DNA of 63,235 nucleotides, filler included, from Choristocarpus tenellus KU-1152 (GCA_964200185.2; 14 parts of 14 records of this genome joined end to end with filler, not necessarily neighbours in it); one strand, 5' to 3'. Shown: positions 1-13,344, counted from the whole stretch's first letter. Program-made: numbers and translations. Notes: a model not told the origin generated them from the letters alone.

Positions 1-1988
1 TGGTACACCCCCAGCCAGATGGGAATAATGTCTTGAGACTTGTGGGAGGGGGAGTGGACAGGGAGGGGGGGAGGGGGGAGGAGGAGGCATGAAGTGTACT
101 ATGTGGTTTTGGAGTGATTGAATGATCCGTTTATAATAAAGCCATTTTGTCATTTACGCCCTTGTTCGTCATTACGAGAGCAGAGTTCTCAGAAGTTTCT
201 CGGAGAAATACGGTGAAAGTGTTTTTGGTGCTTAATGTCTCATTGTGTTGTCTCTGTGCAGGGTTTGTGTAACCATCAAATAAATAATAATATTATTAAA
301 CCATAGCGATGATAACAGAGAAATGGTTAATGATGGACTGATATTGTGGGACACTACTTGCAGTCCAAGAATGTATGTGTGATAAGAGTGTGACGACCAT
401 GTGGATAAGGAAAGGACCTATTCGGTTGATGCTGAACAAAGAGAGTACTGGTTAGTACTCTAATTAGATTTGACTGTTACTTTCTCACATATATGGGTGT
501 GTGTATGTATGTGGGTTGCACACTCTGTCTGCTGAAAATTCTTTAGAGCAGGCTGCAAAATCTTGATGCCTTGCGCGCGCGCAGCTTGATTCGCGCGTTA
601 TGCACATGCTTCAATTCGTAAGTTTCGAATCAGTAGAGGTTAAACATCGTCTATAAATTAAATATCAAGAAAAAAGAATTTATTCTCTTATTATTTCTAC
701 TGGATAATATCTAAGTTATAGAATAATAATAGTAAGGGACCCTGCTGGAGGAAGAAAGTCTTTGGGGGCTCGATCCCATTCCTTTTTCGCTCTTCCAAGA
801 ATGGACCACAGCAGGAAGCAAGCCTGTACTACTCTACTGTATAACATTTTTTGGTCTACAACATAATCACCTTTCCAAAAAGAGCCCAACCAATGTGACT
901 ACAATTCACATTAAGGGTATTGTCGCTTCCTTAGTCGTGTGAGCAGTAATATATTTATGGAAGGTATACTTTCAGCACCAGATGTATTAAGAAACTTGTA
1001 CTAAGACTTCCTGAATTCACTCTACAAGTTACAGGAGTTAACATCTTATGTTACTAACACTTCCAAGCACACTCCGTCTCTGCAACAAGGATATAACCAC
1101 ACAACAAACATGGTAAAAACATGACCAAAAAATCACCAAGACAGCAAGCAAGCAAGATCACCCAACAATCCAGAGAGTTTTCACAACAGAGGAAAAAGCA
1201 CAAGCTGTGAGAAACTCCTGGAAGAAAGTCTAAGCATGTCACGTCATTCCACCCAACCTGTCTGTCCTGAAAGAGAACCAGCACAGTAGTGACATTACAT
1301 TGCACCTCGTACCACAACATGTCTCGCCATTCCCTTGAGTGCCCAAAAAGGAGGGACACACCAGCAGTGACTAGTACTCCAAGAAGAGCTACTACTAGCT
1401 GCACTGGCCAGCCAAGTCAAGACTCATCGTGGAGTGTGTGAAACACTTTGAAGTAGTAATAATCATCATCGTGGAGACATAGGGTACAAGTTCGTATGAC
1501 TTCCCATTGGCCCCTGGAAGCACACTTCCCCCTCAACACGAGAACACTATTTACTAAAGGACATAACATCGGGCAGACCAAGGACATGAAGGACTAACAA
1601 AGGAAAAAACAATATTCTCACAAAATACACTCAACAATAACCACAGTCAAAAAATCCAAACACTGCTCTTTTCTCAATCGATCAGTTGATCACAATAAAG
1701 CCTGACAGCACACCATCACCTCCTCTCATAATGGATAACAGTTCTACATATATAGATTATCTTGACACTTCTCAACCTCTCTCTCTCTACACACTAATGC
1801 CTCCCAAGGATAACAACTCTGCACCAACATCTGAGTTGCAATTCTCAAAAACTGCTCAATCAGTTTTGTGCTTGTGGCTGTGTGTATGGGGCGATGGCAA
1901 GGCTACAGAGCCAAAAGGTAAAAAAAAAACGTAACCACAAAAATGCCACACACCAATACAACTCCTTTTCTACCTCTCCAATGTTGCC

Positions 1989-4330
1989 TTATGAAACAAA
2001 CTCTATCCCCTCAAACTTATAGTGGCCAGGCAATTGAGTCTCCTCCAGGAGCACAGTGCCATCAAGGTGGAAGACAGTGATAAAGGTGTCTTGACTGCTC
2101 TCTTCCTCACTTTCCACACTCTTGAGTGCGACGATAACTTCATCCTGTGTTCCTGGCACAAACTGAAGAAAAGAGGGTTTGGGTTAGAGACCATGGGGGA
2201 GGGGGGGGGGGGGCCCCAGTAGGAAAACCCAACCCACAAACTTTTCCTCAGAAAAAAATTGACCCAATNNNNNNNNNNGTGGCTCCGAAAAGAGAGGGAA
2301 AATGGGGGGGTGTGGTGAGAGAGGGGGGGGGGGGGGGTGTGGGGCACCAGTAGGAAAACTCAACCCACAAAATTTTCTTCAGATAAAAATTGACCAATTA
2401 AGAGAGGGACAACCACTACTTCAGAAGGGTCCACATCCTTTCCCTTGCACAAGGCGCTAGTCTGGAACATCTGCTTCAGGAGTATGTACCTCCATCAGGC
2501 CAACAACGTTGCTGCTACCACCACTATCGCTACCACTATTTACTCAAAAAAAAAAGTCATACACAGTCTTGGAACTACTGCTTATTCAATCATTACCCCT
2601 AACCCTAACCCCAATGTCAAGACAATCATCAATTGAGCAATGGTATTAAAAGAAGAATTCTCCAAAATAACTCTTAACGAAATGATTCCGTACTGAGTGT
2701 ACACTCACTGATATATTAAGGGTAAACAACATGGGCAGCAGTCCCCGAGGAGGGAGGGAGGGAGGGAGGAAGGGAGGGGGGGGGGGGGGGGGGGGGTGAA
2801 GGAGAAGCAAAATAGTTTTGCCATATCCCACTGTCTAACCATTGCCCACGTTACAAGGTTTTATACAACATGAGGAAGGCGACATTGCACTATTGCTATC
2901 AATACCACAGTCAAATAAAAAATAAAAGTATATCGTAATGACAGATCATAATCGACTCGAGGGTAACAAAAACCAACACACAATCTAGCGTAACATATCA
3001 TCAAAAGCCTTCTAAAAAATTCCTACAACATGCACTCTTTCTTTCTTGCCCAGCAGTGACAGATACAGTTACAGTTACACGTTTTCAACTCCCTTTTCTT
3101 TTTTTTATTTCTACCTTGAATGAAGAGAATCCGTGAGTGGGAATGATCTTTCCAATGTGACGTATCTGGATAGATCTGAAGCTCTCGTCCGCGATGATCA
3201 CCGTGTCTGATCCTTTCTAATGCAACAGCCAGCGGTCACGAGTGAGACAAACAACAATAATAATAGAATAAAATAAAATAAAATAAATTTAGAAAGGTAG
3301 AAATAAAAATAGATTGCAATGCAGAACAAGATTGTGGGTTAGGTTAGGAAGAGCACAGAGGGAAGGAAACAATAAATAGTTAATAATTAACATCCTGAAG
3401 AGTATCGATCGACGCACGTACTACTACTACTTGCACACTACTTACTATCAGGGGTCGGGGGCAGGTTTTCAGGAAGTCTGGAAGGCGGTAACATTACATG
3501 GGCACGGAACTGAAACAATAATACCTTGGGACAAAAAAAAAATGTATTGGTCGGTTGTGTATCATACGGCTCCGTAGCAAACCTTGGTATAGCATAAGAC
3601 GCCACTCTTACTCGGCGGTCCGGTAACCACTCCAGAAATTTCTATGGAAACTTCCTCACCATTTCCACTGACCGAGAAATCAACCCTTGGTGGAGTGGGG
3701 TATCACAGTATGATTTACTGAAATAAACGGTATATGTACCTAGGTGCACGCATCACCCACGGTATAGTGTTGCAGTCATACCGCTACACCGATTATCAAA
3801 CCAAAAAATATTTTCGAGATTTGAAACATGGGCAAAAAAAATCATTTTTTTTGGGACGCGCCATCGAAGTACTACAAAAAGCCATTGAAGTACTACCAAA
3901 AAAACAGATTCGCTTCAGAGAGAGAAACAAACAAAGAGAGATGCAATAAAACCCCATATAACCCTCTAACCCTAAGACAAGACAAGACTAGACTAGCACC
4001 TTAAGAATAACCTTTGATATGTCACAAAAAAAAAATGATTTTTTAAACGATTCACACGAGACAAAGAAACAAACTAACCACCTCCCCCCCCCCCCCCCCC
4101 CCTCTCCCCCTCCCCCCCCCCCCCCCCCCCCCCCCCTTCTTTCTCCATACCCAGAAATCAGAGGGTGCTTTCCTTCAAAAAGACCGACCTTTTCATCCTC
4201 CATGTCATCGTAGGGGTCAGAACTGATCCTTCTTGGCAAAAAGATCCACTTTTTCATCGCCTCACTCCACGCTCCAGCTTCGTGGATAACATATCCGGGG
4301 AACTCTGCCTCAACCTCACTGCGCATCTTG
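1989..4330 (-). CDS. CANT1: Soluble calcium-activated nucleotidase (CANT1-type apyrase), last three exons (5' partial)
   Basis: Exons 4330-4189, 3216-3115 and 2162-1989 (GT-AG, phase 0) splice to PGYVIHEAGAWSEAMKKWIFLPRRISSDPYDDMEDEK|KGSDTVIIADESF..PTHGFSSFK|FVPGTQDEVIVALKSVE..KFEGIEFVS*, the characteristic CANT1 C-terminal motifs. Confidence 0.9.
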
Positions 4331-4477
4331 CTGTGCACCACAACGCCCACCATACCAATACCAATACCAAAACCAGTGCCAGGAGAAAGGTAGTGGGTGG
4401 GGAGGGGGGTGGGGGTGGGGGGGGGGGGCAGTGCCGGTAATCTAAAATCGGAAAAGCAAACGTCTGAACTCCAGTAA

Positions 4478-4577
4478 NNNNNNNNNNNNNNNNNNNNNNN
4501 NNNNNNNNNNNNNNNNNNNNNTTAATTAATTAANNNNNNNNNNNNNNNNNNNNNNNNNNNNNNNNNNNNNNNNNNNN
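4478..4577. other. Artificial contig linker (N44-TTAATTAATTAA-N44), first of 13
   Basis: Identical 100-nt spacer with stops in all six frames also at 7331, 10129, 13204, 16487, 19709, 31756, 37581, 42319, 48293, 51231, 54487 and 58202. Confidence 0.98.
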
Positions 4578-4614
4578 GTGTTGAGTAGGTCGTGTCAAGA
4601 TGAAACTTTCTTAC

Positions 4615-7053
4615 CTGCCAATGCGCGTGCTGGATGATGCAACTCCCCGCGTGATCGAGGCTGTTGTGGTACTTGTCGATAAGCCTTGTGAGGGCTAGGT
4701 GGGTGACTGTGCAGACAAGGTTACAACCTGCGCAAACAATGCTGTCCGTCGTTAGTTGGCAAACAGTACTCTGCTTACTTACGCATTGTTTATTTGGAGC
4801 TAAAAAGAGGGGTAATGGAATTTGTTTTTGCAATATAGAGCACATACACCCGAATGGCTGATGTACATGTCTGTGTGTTTTCCTCCTCGTTGATTAGCTC
4901 TTACACTCCTCTCGCCCTAACCCTAAGCTGAGGCGTAGGAGGGCAGGTGAGAACAGCACATCATCAGTTAATCGACTGTTCACTAGGCCTGCGGGATCTG
5001 CAGGCACATCATGTAAGGATGTACTCGTCCTCCTGTATCTAACCTACGGCAGGTCCACTCGCCACGACAGTAAATCAAGTGGTGCGTGCACAACCAGCAT
5101 CTATTCAGTCATGTGATTGTTTGCCACGACCCACAATACGTACCTCCTCCAAGATTGATAGGAGTGAAGAACACCTCCGTGAACTGGCCTTCGACGTGTG
5201 CGGCCATGATCTTCTGGCGCTCGGAGTAGCCCCTGATAAGGACATGAACGAAAGGAACGTGTAAAGAAAGGTTCTACGGTGCGTCGTCATCATGATGAAC
5301 GGAATAGGTAGTGGAATTATGTGCATCTGTTTTGGCGATTATTTCTTGAGACTGTGCACTCATTCGTAGAATAAAACAGGGTCATCTATTCTGTTCCGTG
5401 TGCGGCTGCAAAGTTGTTGTCGGATGGACTATGCGTGCGTGTGGTTACCTGTCACCACCGTGGGTAGGTGGGTAAAGTGCTGGGAGGGCGTGTGATGTCT
5501 GGTTCGCGGCGTCTACGGACATGAACACGAAGCCGAGAGGTTTGCCGTCGGCTTTGGTTTGCATGGCGCTGTTGGTGCTGTTGGCGATGACCAGCCGATC
5601 CGCTTGGATAATCTGGCGAATGAGGGAGAGCAACATCACGTGAATTAATCAAATAAATCTGCTCAGAGTTGTAAAAAAATGGCCACTTGTTAACACGTAT
5701 CAGGTTAGTAACAAAAGTGGGGTGTAGGTAACAATAAATGTTTGTCTTTGGATATGTTTTTTATTGCTGCGTTCAAGACACAGTGTTATCGGGATGGTAG
5801 GAAGTACGTACGTACGGGGCCGGAAGACCGCTACATCACCTGTCCCTCCCACAGCCCGTTGTACACGACCAAGAAGCATTCTATCATACAAGGTGTTTGG
5901 GCGGCTAATAACAACATTTTTGCGGTGAGTGAGGCTACTGCTGCTACCATATGCACCTGCGTGGGAGTCTTCATTCGCAAAAGGAAACAGATGTTCATGA
6001 AAATGGAGGGCAATGACGGCGACATGTTGTCACTGTACCCTTGTTGCAAAATTAACGCTAGATACCTACCTCTCGATGGTCTGACAGCTACTTATTGATG
6101 GACTCGAGGACGGTGGAGTTGTTCGTGGGTTTTACACCAGGCGCCCCGTTCCGTTTTTCTTTTAACGTGACACATATGTCACATTTCATAAACTCGCCTC
6201 CTACCCTCACCCTGATGTTGGGCCTGCTTGGAAGGGTTGTCAGGATACACCTGTATTGCCTCTTTGCAAAAATCCTTTCATAGCCCTTAATTAAAAATAT
6301 TGGTTGTGTGGGCAAGTGAGGAGGTATTGAGAAGGAACACTCGAAGAACGCCCCTGCAAGATCTCTTGAAGGCGGACTGACCAATAACTTGACTGAGAAC
6401 GCGGAAGACAGGATCAAGCAAGCTTTCATCATGCATTACGAAAGAGCAAATACAATGATCTTCGTAAATCTGCCATGAGCGTCATTCTGTTCCGGCCTCG
6501 CTGCCGTTTGCAGAAGCGGCAAAGGAGGCGAATCTACCATCGTCATCATCATCATCGCAAAGCACTTTAGACATACGAAGTACACACTTTTCCTACCAAT
6601 GTCAGACCGGGCCCGGGGCCGCAGAGTAGGGGTACACGGCGTTGAAGTAACAGTTATTGTGTCCTTCTTAAAATCGACAAAGAGTATCATCATGAACATT
6701 GTAATCTGGACGTAGCAAACGAAAAAAATGGCACTTCGTACGAATCTTGACATGTTCTTTTAACCATAAAATCAGACCGGTCAAAGGAATGAACATTCAC
6801 CACTCGAAATACTACTTAGATCCACCTTTTCTACGTACTACCCGGTCACACGGTTTGCATCTAACTCCAACACAGGGTGCGGCCAACCTTTCCACAACCA
6901 AGGGCAAAACCAACCTGTTTGTTCACGGCGTAGATCACAACTATGGACTTGTGAGGCATGAACTGCCCGTATGTATCAGCCCAGTAGTCTATCCAGGATA
7001 TCACCAGGTCTCGCTTCGGAGCCATGTCCTTATCTTTGTTCGTGCCGTTCCTG
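4615..7053 (-). pseudogene. Intron-containing DUF7869-like (RNase H-fold, transposase-related) gene with one in-frame TAG; partial
   Basis: Exons ~7053-6915 (WIDYWADTYGQFMPH), ~6230-6070 (FMKCDIC..INK*LSDHRE), 5612-5449 (IIQADR..FMSVDAANQTSHALP), 5232-5144 (KIMAAHVEGQFTEVFF..NLGG) and 4727-4615 (GCNLVCTV..QHAHWQ); the last four join in compatible phases. The motif order matches the remembered xMP / FxxCxxC / DGMDQ / GSN / LQxDN pattern. Confidence 0.6.
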
Positions 7054-7430
7054 CTGTAGTAGCGCACGTATGTATATAAATGGATTGGAGATGTGTTGGA
7101 GGTGGATACGAGGGACGGGGGATGGAATCCTAGAGGGATCGTATGCCAGCAGCGGATCACATATTCTGTAGATATTTATATGGTAACTGCTGCAGCAGCA
7201 CGGGGACGGTCAGATGAGATGATATTGTTCAAGCATTAAAAAGCATATCGCACATGTATATACATACATAGGTAAGTCATTACTCCATGCTGGAGGGATC
7301 TCTAGCTTTGTATATCAGACATCTAGGCATNNNNNNNNNNNNNNNNNNNNNNNNNNNNNNNNNNNNNNNNNNNNTTAATTAATTAANNNNNNNNNNNNNN
7401 NNNNNNNNNNNNNNNNNNNNNNNNNNNNNN

Positions 7431-10018
7431 CGCTGTGTGAGGGGGGACGTAAAAGGCTTTGCATCGTGGGTGACCTGCCCGCGCTCCTTGCGTAAGCCTT
7501 ACCCTTGCCCTTGCCCCCGCCCCTGTCCCTGCTCCGACCCGCCGCTTCGTTCCCCACCGATCCAGACCCTTCACTGCCCTCCTGTGCCATGGGGCAATTG
7601 ATACATAATCGATCCTTGTGCCTCTCGTCGTCTATAATCTCCGCGTAGGCACACTCGCCCATATGTGTGATGGAGCACTTTGGGCATGAATACCTGTCGC
7701 GCGTGTCATTGAATCAGAGCATTAAACATACAGGATATTATTTTTCCAGATCATTAATTGGGCGCAACAACGCAACGCGGGGATGAACGTTTACGAAGTA
7801 CCACGAAATTGGTGGCGCAAAAGAGCACGAAGTAGTACAGGTGAGATACAACAGTCGGTGATGTACATGCATTAGCACACAATCGGACAGTGGCAAATAA
7901 AGAGACGTGGGGATAGCGACCGCAGTGCCGCGCATAGAGGGACCCCGCAACATACCATGGATTCAATGGCGTGCGCCGCTGAAAAGAGACAACGTATCTA
8001 TCCGTTCGAGGGATTGGATGAAAACCAATCTTATGCCATTAATTACACTCCGCCCTACACGTGCACCGTTACAACTACATTACTCACCGAGACGTAGATG
8101 GAGGACTGCATTAAGTACAGCAAACACCCACGTTCCACCCTCCATGGCCGTTTTATTCTTCTTCCGCACCAGGAACCCTGCTGACAGAACCTCCTTTGCC
8201 CACATCCTCCCTGTCTGGCAGTCCGTTCCCTCCCTCGTCTTCGTCCCCTCCTTTGTGTTCATCCCCTCCCTCGTCTCCATCCCCTCCTTGGTGTTCGCAC
8301 CCTCCCTCGTCTTCTTTCTCACGGCCATCTGATGCCGATCCGTTGTTGCTCTCAACTTCTGCGCCGCCGCCATCACAGCCCCGCCCGCTGTGAACCTGGT
8401 GGAGGTTGACCCGGTTGAGTATATCCTGGTATTTCCCATCCCAGGTGGTGAGGTAAGCGCGTAGAGTCGAGTCCTTCTCGATAATCTAGTAGTGGAGACG
8501 GTGGAGGACATCGTTTAGGAGAGGAGGGGACGATGGTGACGTCAAAAATGGGAGAGTATAATGGAAGTACAATAGCATGTCAATCGAACAGAGTAAACGA
8601 TACCGTTGACGTGGTGAACGTGTTTAATGGAGGTGGCTTGCAGGGCGAAATAGTTTGAAATAAGTCAATGTCGAGGACGCCAATCAGTATGTAGGTTTAT
8701 TCAGTGACGCGTATTGGAGGCAGAAACGAGGTGGAGATTGACCAAGATCGTTGTCTACAGTTGAAGGAAACGATTGGCTATTCCCGCTGTTAGTAATGAA
8801 ATACTAGAATTGACAAAACAGCAACGTTTGTAGTATGGAAGGCAACTCTGTCGCTCATGATGATGACGAAGACCCACAACCAATCCTACCAAGCATCAAC
8901 TATTTTTTTCGGCACAAGCCATTTCAGCTGTAATTACGAACACAGGAGGCACACTCACGGCTTCGATCCGTTGCAGAGGTTTCATTTCGACTATCGTGGA
9001 GATGTTTGCCCTCAGTTGGCGGACGGGCCCCGCTTGTTGGTCGCCAGATGAAACCTTCTGCAGAAGTTGGGCCTCCTCCCTCTTCCTCTCCTCGTAGTGG
9101 GGCTTGACCCAGAGCTCGTGCATACCGCACTTCTCGTATGCGAGCCTGTCCATTTCCCTGGCAGCCCGTGCATCATTCACATAACATCCGGAATTCAGAG
9201 CGGTTTTGCAATAATCAATAAGTGCGGTGCAGAAAAAGACGCTGATGGTGTATTTTACAATGCAGGGGCGTATTGCGAAGTACGGATGCACTGGAGATAC
9301 GGAAAAGGCAAAAAAAGATAACCGCTGCAACTGCACCATTGACCGACCTTTGGAGCTCTGGTGTCCACTTCTCCTTGGGCACAATCTGCCTAGTGCGCGA
9401 GATAACCATCTCAGACATGTGCGCGTCCGATTCGATCTCCTTGTGGTCCCTCGTCGTAGGAGGCTTCACGTAGAACGAGTTGTACCTGCTAAAATAGAAT
9501 TGCCGCAAAGGGCGTCAAGGAGAACAATGCGCAGGTTATGAAGAGGAAAGGGTCGCCACTGCAGCAAATATTCATCACTCGATTATCGTACTTCCTACAA
9601 GACAAGAGCGCACATACACAGGAAACACACACTGTAGAATTACCAGAATACTACGAAGGGATTTTCGTTCGACACAACAATGGCCGACTACATTCTTCAT
9701 CGTAGGAGACACTTATTTCACGCTCCTGTGCAATGTGCTGCGACCTACATAAACTGCGCTTACTGCTGTTTACACGATAAATCACAGTGGCGTTTTGACT
9801 TGCTTAGCAAACAGGTGGATGCATAGCCCCTGCTTGAGAGAAGTGAAGCCGGCAAACTCCTCGCTCATCAGATAGTTTAGTGTGACTGCGTTGCGGTCAA
9901 TCTGTCGTGACGAGGTCTCACACACTTCCTTCAGTACCTCGAAGGACTCTGGTTGAAGGGACTTTACGCCTTGCTGCCAGTTTCGTAGAGTTGTTTTCGC
10001 CGGAGTAGTAACGCCCAC
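7431..10018 (-). pseudogene. Multi-exon gene of unknown function with acidic linker and PHD/RING-like Zn finger; two in-frame TAA
   Basis: Exon 8485-8088 (acidic GGDEDE-type 18-nt repeats; TAA at 8155-8153 and 8113-8111) splices in phase 2 to the exon starting at 7693, giving CCT*C..YSCPKC..H..EC..CINC. Further coding-like exons at ~10018-9800, ~9485-9320 and ~9200-8900. Confidence 0.5.
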
Positions 10019-10435
10019 CTTCGCGGTGGGCAGAAAACGGAAAATACTTTGCACCCAGCCAGCGAGGATGAGGCATCATTATTACCACGCCAATGCGGCA
10101 TATATGTATGTGTGGGGGGGGGGGGTTTNNNNNNNNNNNNNNNNNNNNNNNNNNNNNNNNNNNNNNNNNNNNTTAATTAATTAANNNNNNNNNNNNNNNN
10201 NNNNNNNNNNNNNNNNNNNNNNNNNNNNACGCTTGTACACTTCGTCTGTTATGTGGTATGGTTGGAAGGGGGGCAGGGGGGGGGGGGGGGGGGGGGGGGG
10301 GCATATGTGCGATGCAATAGACCATTGCCAATGCACTTCATCTGTCAACAAAAGAAACCTTGCCTGCCTCCACACCCAGCTACCTTCACATGGTCCTTAA
10401 CAATTCCACTACCTGTTTGATGCATTTTTACTCAC

Positions 10436-11770
10436 CATATCCTTGCTTACATCTATCCGAGGTTTCTTGGACTTTGGATCTTCCTTGATAGTCACCCCCT
10501 GTTCTTTATCTTTATCCTTATCCTTCTCTTTTCGTTTTGTACCTGCTGCCTGCCAGGGGGGATTGTACAGAAAAGCGTGTGTAGGGAAGATCAGGTATTC
10601 AAATGCAATAATTGTTACAGGGCGATATTATAAAGAACTCAATTATGCAACGAATAAATTCAGTCTGAACCTTATATGGTCGTTGAGTCAAAGTATCTTA
10701 GAGGGTAGAGACGCGTCTGAACAACAATCAACAGTAGATCTGGAAAAGCTATCTACAGTTTCTCGATCTGATCTGTGGACCAAGAAAGGATCATGCATAC
10801 CAAGAGGACAATATGCCTTGACGCGTGAAAGGGGGAAAATAGAAGAGCCGCTCAGCAATGACATGCATGTTTTGTATTATTGTGCTTTGCGGTCCCCTCT
10901 AACTTGCATCAGATACTCATGTCAGGTAGTGAGAAGTAAGGACAAAAGCTGGGTGGGTAGGGAGGTGGTGAGGGCGGACAGATTCCATTTGCGAGGTTAT
11001 GGTGATGCTTCAGTCATGAGACTTCCCCCTTTCGCCCGCCCTCGGCCCTTGCCTTGTCTCTTTTCTTCTGCTCCTTCAAGCGCTTTTGTGTCTCCTCCGC
11101 ATCGGGCCCTGCTGCCATAAGATCCTTTTCTGTGACCCATTTGTCCCACCGGCTGTTCCATCCCATGTAGTGAAGGAAGTAGGTGTACTCCTCACCAGCC
11201 AACTTGTACTTTATAACCTGTAAGGAAGAGAAGTAGAGAATTGCCCGTGAGCCGATGGAAGAGATTCCAAGAGCATCGGAGTTGGGTTAGGGAGTACTTA
11301 CCTTAGGAGTGGCTATTCCGCGCCGTTATTTCTGCTTGGTTCTATGATAAAAACGGTGCAACCCAAGGTTTTGAGACAGTCGTCCATAATCTAAATGTGA
11401 ATTATGGAATTCTCCACGTCCTCCCAGGCCGTATGGGGATGACGATTCGAGAAAAGGTACTTCAGAGCACGAAGGGACGTCACTAACAAGCGACCCAATG
11501 CTGCTGGTATTTTCTCTCATATATCAGACCACCCTCATTGCAACATACTTCACGCCCCGTCAACACAGGAAAGAGGATAACCTGGTGTACACTCTATTCA
11601 TAGGGAATGGCAACCATTGACTGGACGTGAAAAACGTACCCTATCTGTCAAGGTTGAAGGTATAAGCTCACCTTTGCCTCGTACAGATCGCCATTGTCCA
11701 TAGCATACACCTTATCTTCGGGGTTGTATTTGTTTTTATCGCCTATTGATTTCGCCTTTCCCTTGGCCAT
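10436..11770 (-). CDS. MRG15/Eaf3-like chromo-barrel (Tudor-knot) protein, first three exons (3' partial)
   Basis: Exons 11770-11672 (MAKGK..KVYAMDNGDLYEAK), 11217-11053 (VIK..YFLHYMGWNSRWDKWV) and 10549-10436 (Lys-rich). HYxGWNxRWDxWV is the Tudor-knot signature. Confidence 0.85.
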
Positions 11771-12194
11771 GATGATGTGTAATTGTGTCCACCCCGTCCT
11801 ACGAAGAGATGAGTTGAGAGCACCTTGAAGCAGGCCACCCGACCTCGAATAGACGACAACGCAAACACACACCAGTTCTCATTCAGATGTAATTAGAGTT
11901 GGCGATGAAGATTGCGAACCGCCCTTCACTGTATTCAGGCTCGGTCAAGGAAAGTTCTGGACCTGTGGAGAGGGTACTTGACCCGCGAAAATTGCTTTCA
12001 ACAAGCATACCCACTTCAAAAACGGTTGGGATACAAGAATTAGGGTTAGGGGTTTTTAAAAACCATTTTGTCAACACAACATTCCTTACCGCCCAACGAG
12101 TCGAGAAGACAATGACCTACTCCACCCAATCCTCAAGTCAAATTCATCTAGGCACCAACGTGATATGCACTTGGAACCAAAGTTTCATTTGCTC

Positions 12195-13203
12195 ATGCTG
12201 CTGTCAAGATGGGCTGTTGCCGCTCAAACAACAGGGCAGAGACTAACTCAGCTCCCCGCATTATACGTCACTCATAGTGTCTGTCCCTCAACTCGACGTG
12301 TCGTTAGTGGACTGGTTGGTAGTGGTTCGAATACACCCTATGGGTGGGTCTTCCCTCCTCTACTTGCTTCCACCAGGTCATTTTATGGAAGTTATACCCC
12401 TCTTGCTGTGCAACCTGTCCTGAGATGCCATAGAGTCAAGTGGAGCGTTGCAATGCAGAGAGAGGGTGCGACAATCCTCGAGGAAACCAATGTGGTGCCT
12501 GAGAATGGCGGACTTGAGGTTTCTCTTAAGGAACCAGTGCCTGTGGGATGCAAGGAACTGGAAGAATTGGTCTCAGATGTGGTTGAAGAAAGAGTGGATA
12601 AGGTGTGAGATACCTGGAGAGTTGTCACTACGGATGTCGGACTACATGTGAGGCTCTATTTTGAAAAGACCAAAGGTGGAATGTTTTAGATTGAAGTTGA
12701 ATCGAGAAAGCGACTTGACCGATGCTGCTTGTTTCTCCAGGTGCATCCATTGAGCGACCAACTGAGGCGAAGGCGGTCGTGGGAGTTGTACCTGAGAGGT
12801 CCTTGGGCACTGAGCGATGACACCCCCACATACGTGGCGGTCCTTGCGATACGTAAGAAGTCCCGCTTCACCCTAGAAGATGCTAGAGTAGCACTCGTCA
12901 TTATTGCGGAAGAAGTCGTGACCAGGGGAGGGCACTTGAGGGGTGGAGGTCACTTGCTTGTTGCAACCCAAGGTGAAATGGCTCCAGTTGCCCTAACGCT
13001 ACTTCAGAGTAATGATATTGCTGGTAGAGTGACTGTGGGGATACGTTGGGGGCATCTCGAAGATCTGGTCCGGGAGGGAGAGCTAAGCCATTTCTTTGAC
13101 GCAGTCACCGCTGGAAGGTTGGATAAGGGGGGGCAGGGATCACGACCACCCTTCACACCCCCAGCATGGCTGACTGAGGACCAAGCTAGCAGAGGCAAGG
13201 CAA
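12195..13203 (+). CDS. Hypothetical protein, divergent from the MRG-like gene; possible N-terminal organelle-targeting peptide (3' partial)
   Basis: Open exons 12195-12602 (AAG|GTGTG) and 12741 to contig end (CTCCAG|GTG) join in phase 0; Arg/Ser/Thr-rich, acid-poor N-terminus. No family recognised. Confidence 0.6.
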
Positions 13204-13344
13204 NNNNNNNNNNNNNNNNNNNNNNNNNNNNNNNNNNNNNNNNNNNNTTAATTAATTAANNNNNNNNNNNNNNNNNNNNNNNNNNNNNNNNNNNNNNNNN
13301 NNNCTCCCTCCCTCCCTCCCCCTGACCCCAAACCTTTAGTATTG

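Noticed and set aside
2195-2400. ~60-bp direct repeat either side of a 10-N gap
   Set aside because: Most likely overlapping low-quality contig ends next to poly-G, i.e. a scaffolding artefact.
4522-4533. Recurrent TTAATTAATTAA motif and ORFs ending in 'XXXLIN'
   Set aside because: Artificial linker between concatenated contigs.
6088-8155. TAA/TAG = Gln genetic code
   Set aside because: CANT1 ends in TAA at the conserved position, housekeeping exons have no in-frame TAR, and the same genes use CAA/CAG normally.
4578-10128. Physical linkage of the DUF7869-like and PHD genes as one element
   Set aside because: They are separated by an artificial linker; adjacency is not evidence.
10443-11120. 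Longest ORF in the track (225 aa, +)
   Set aside because: Antisense to MRG-like exons and intron; no recognisable motif.
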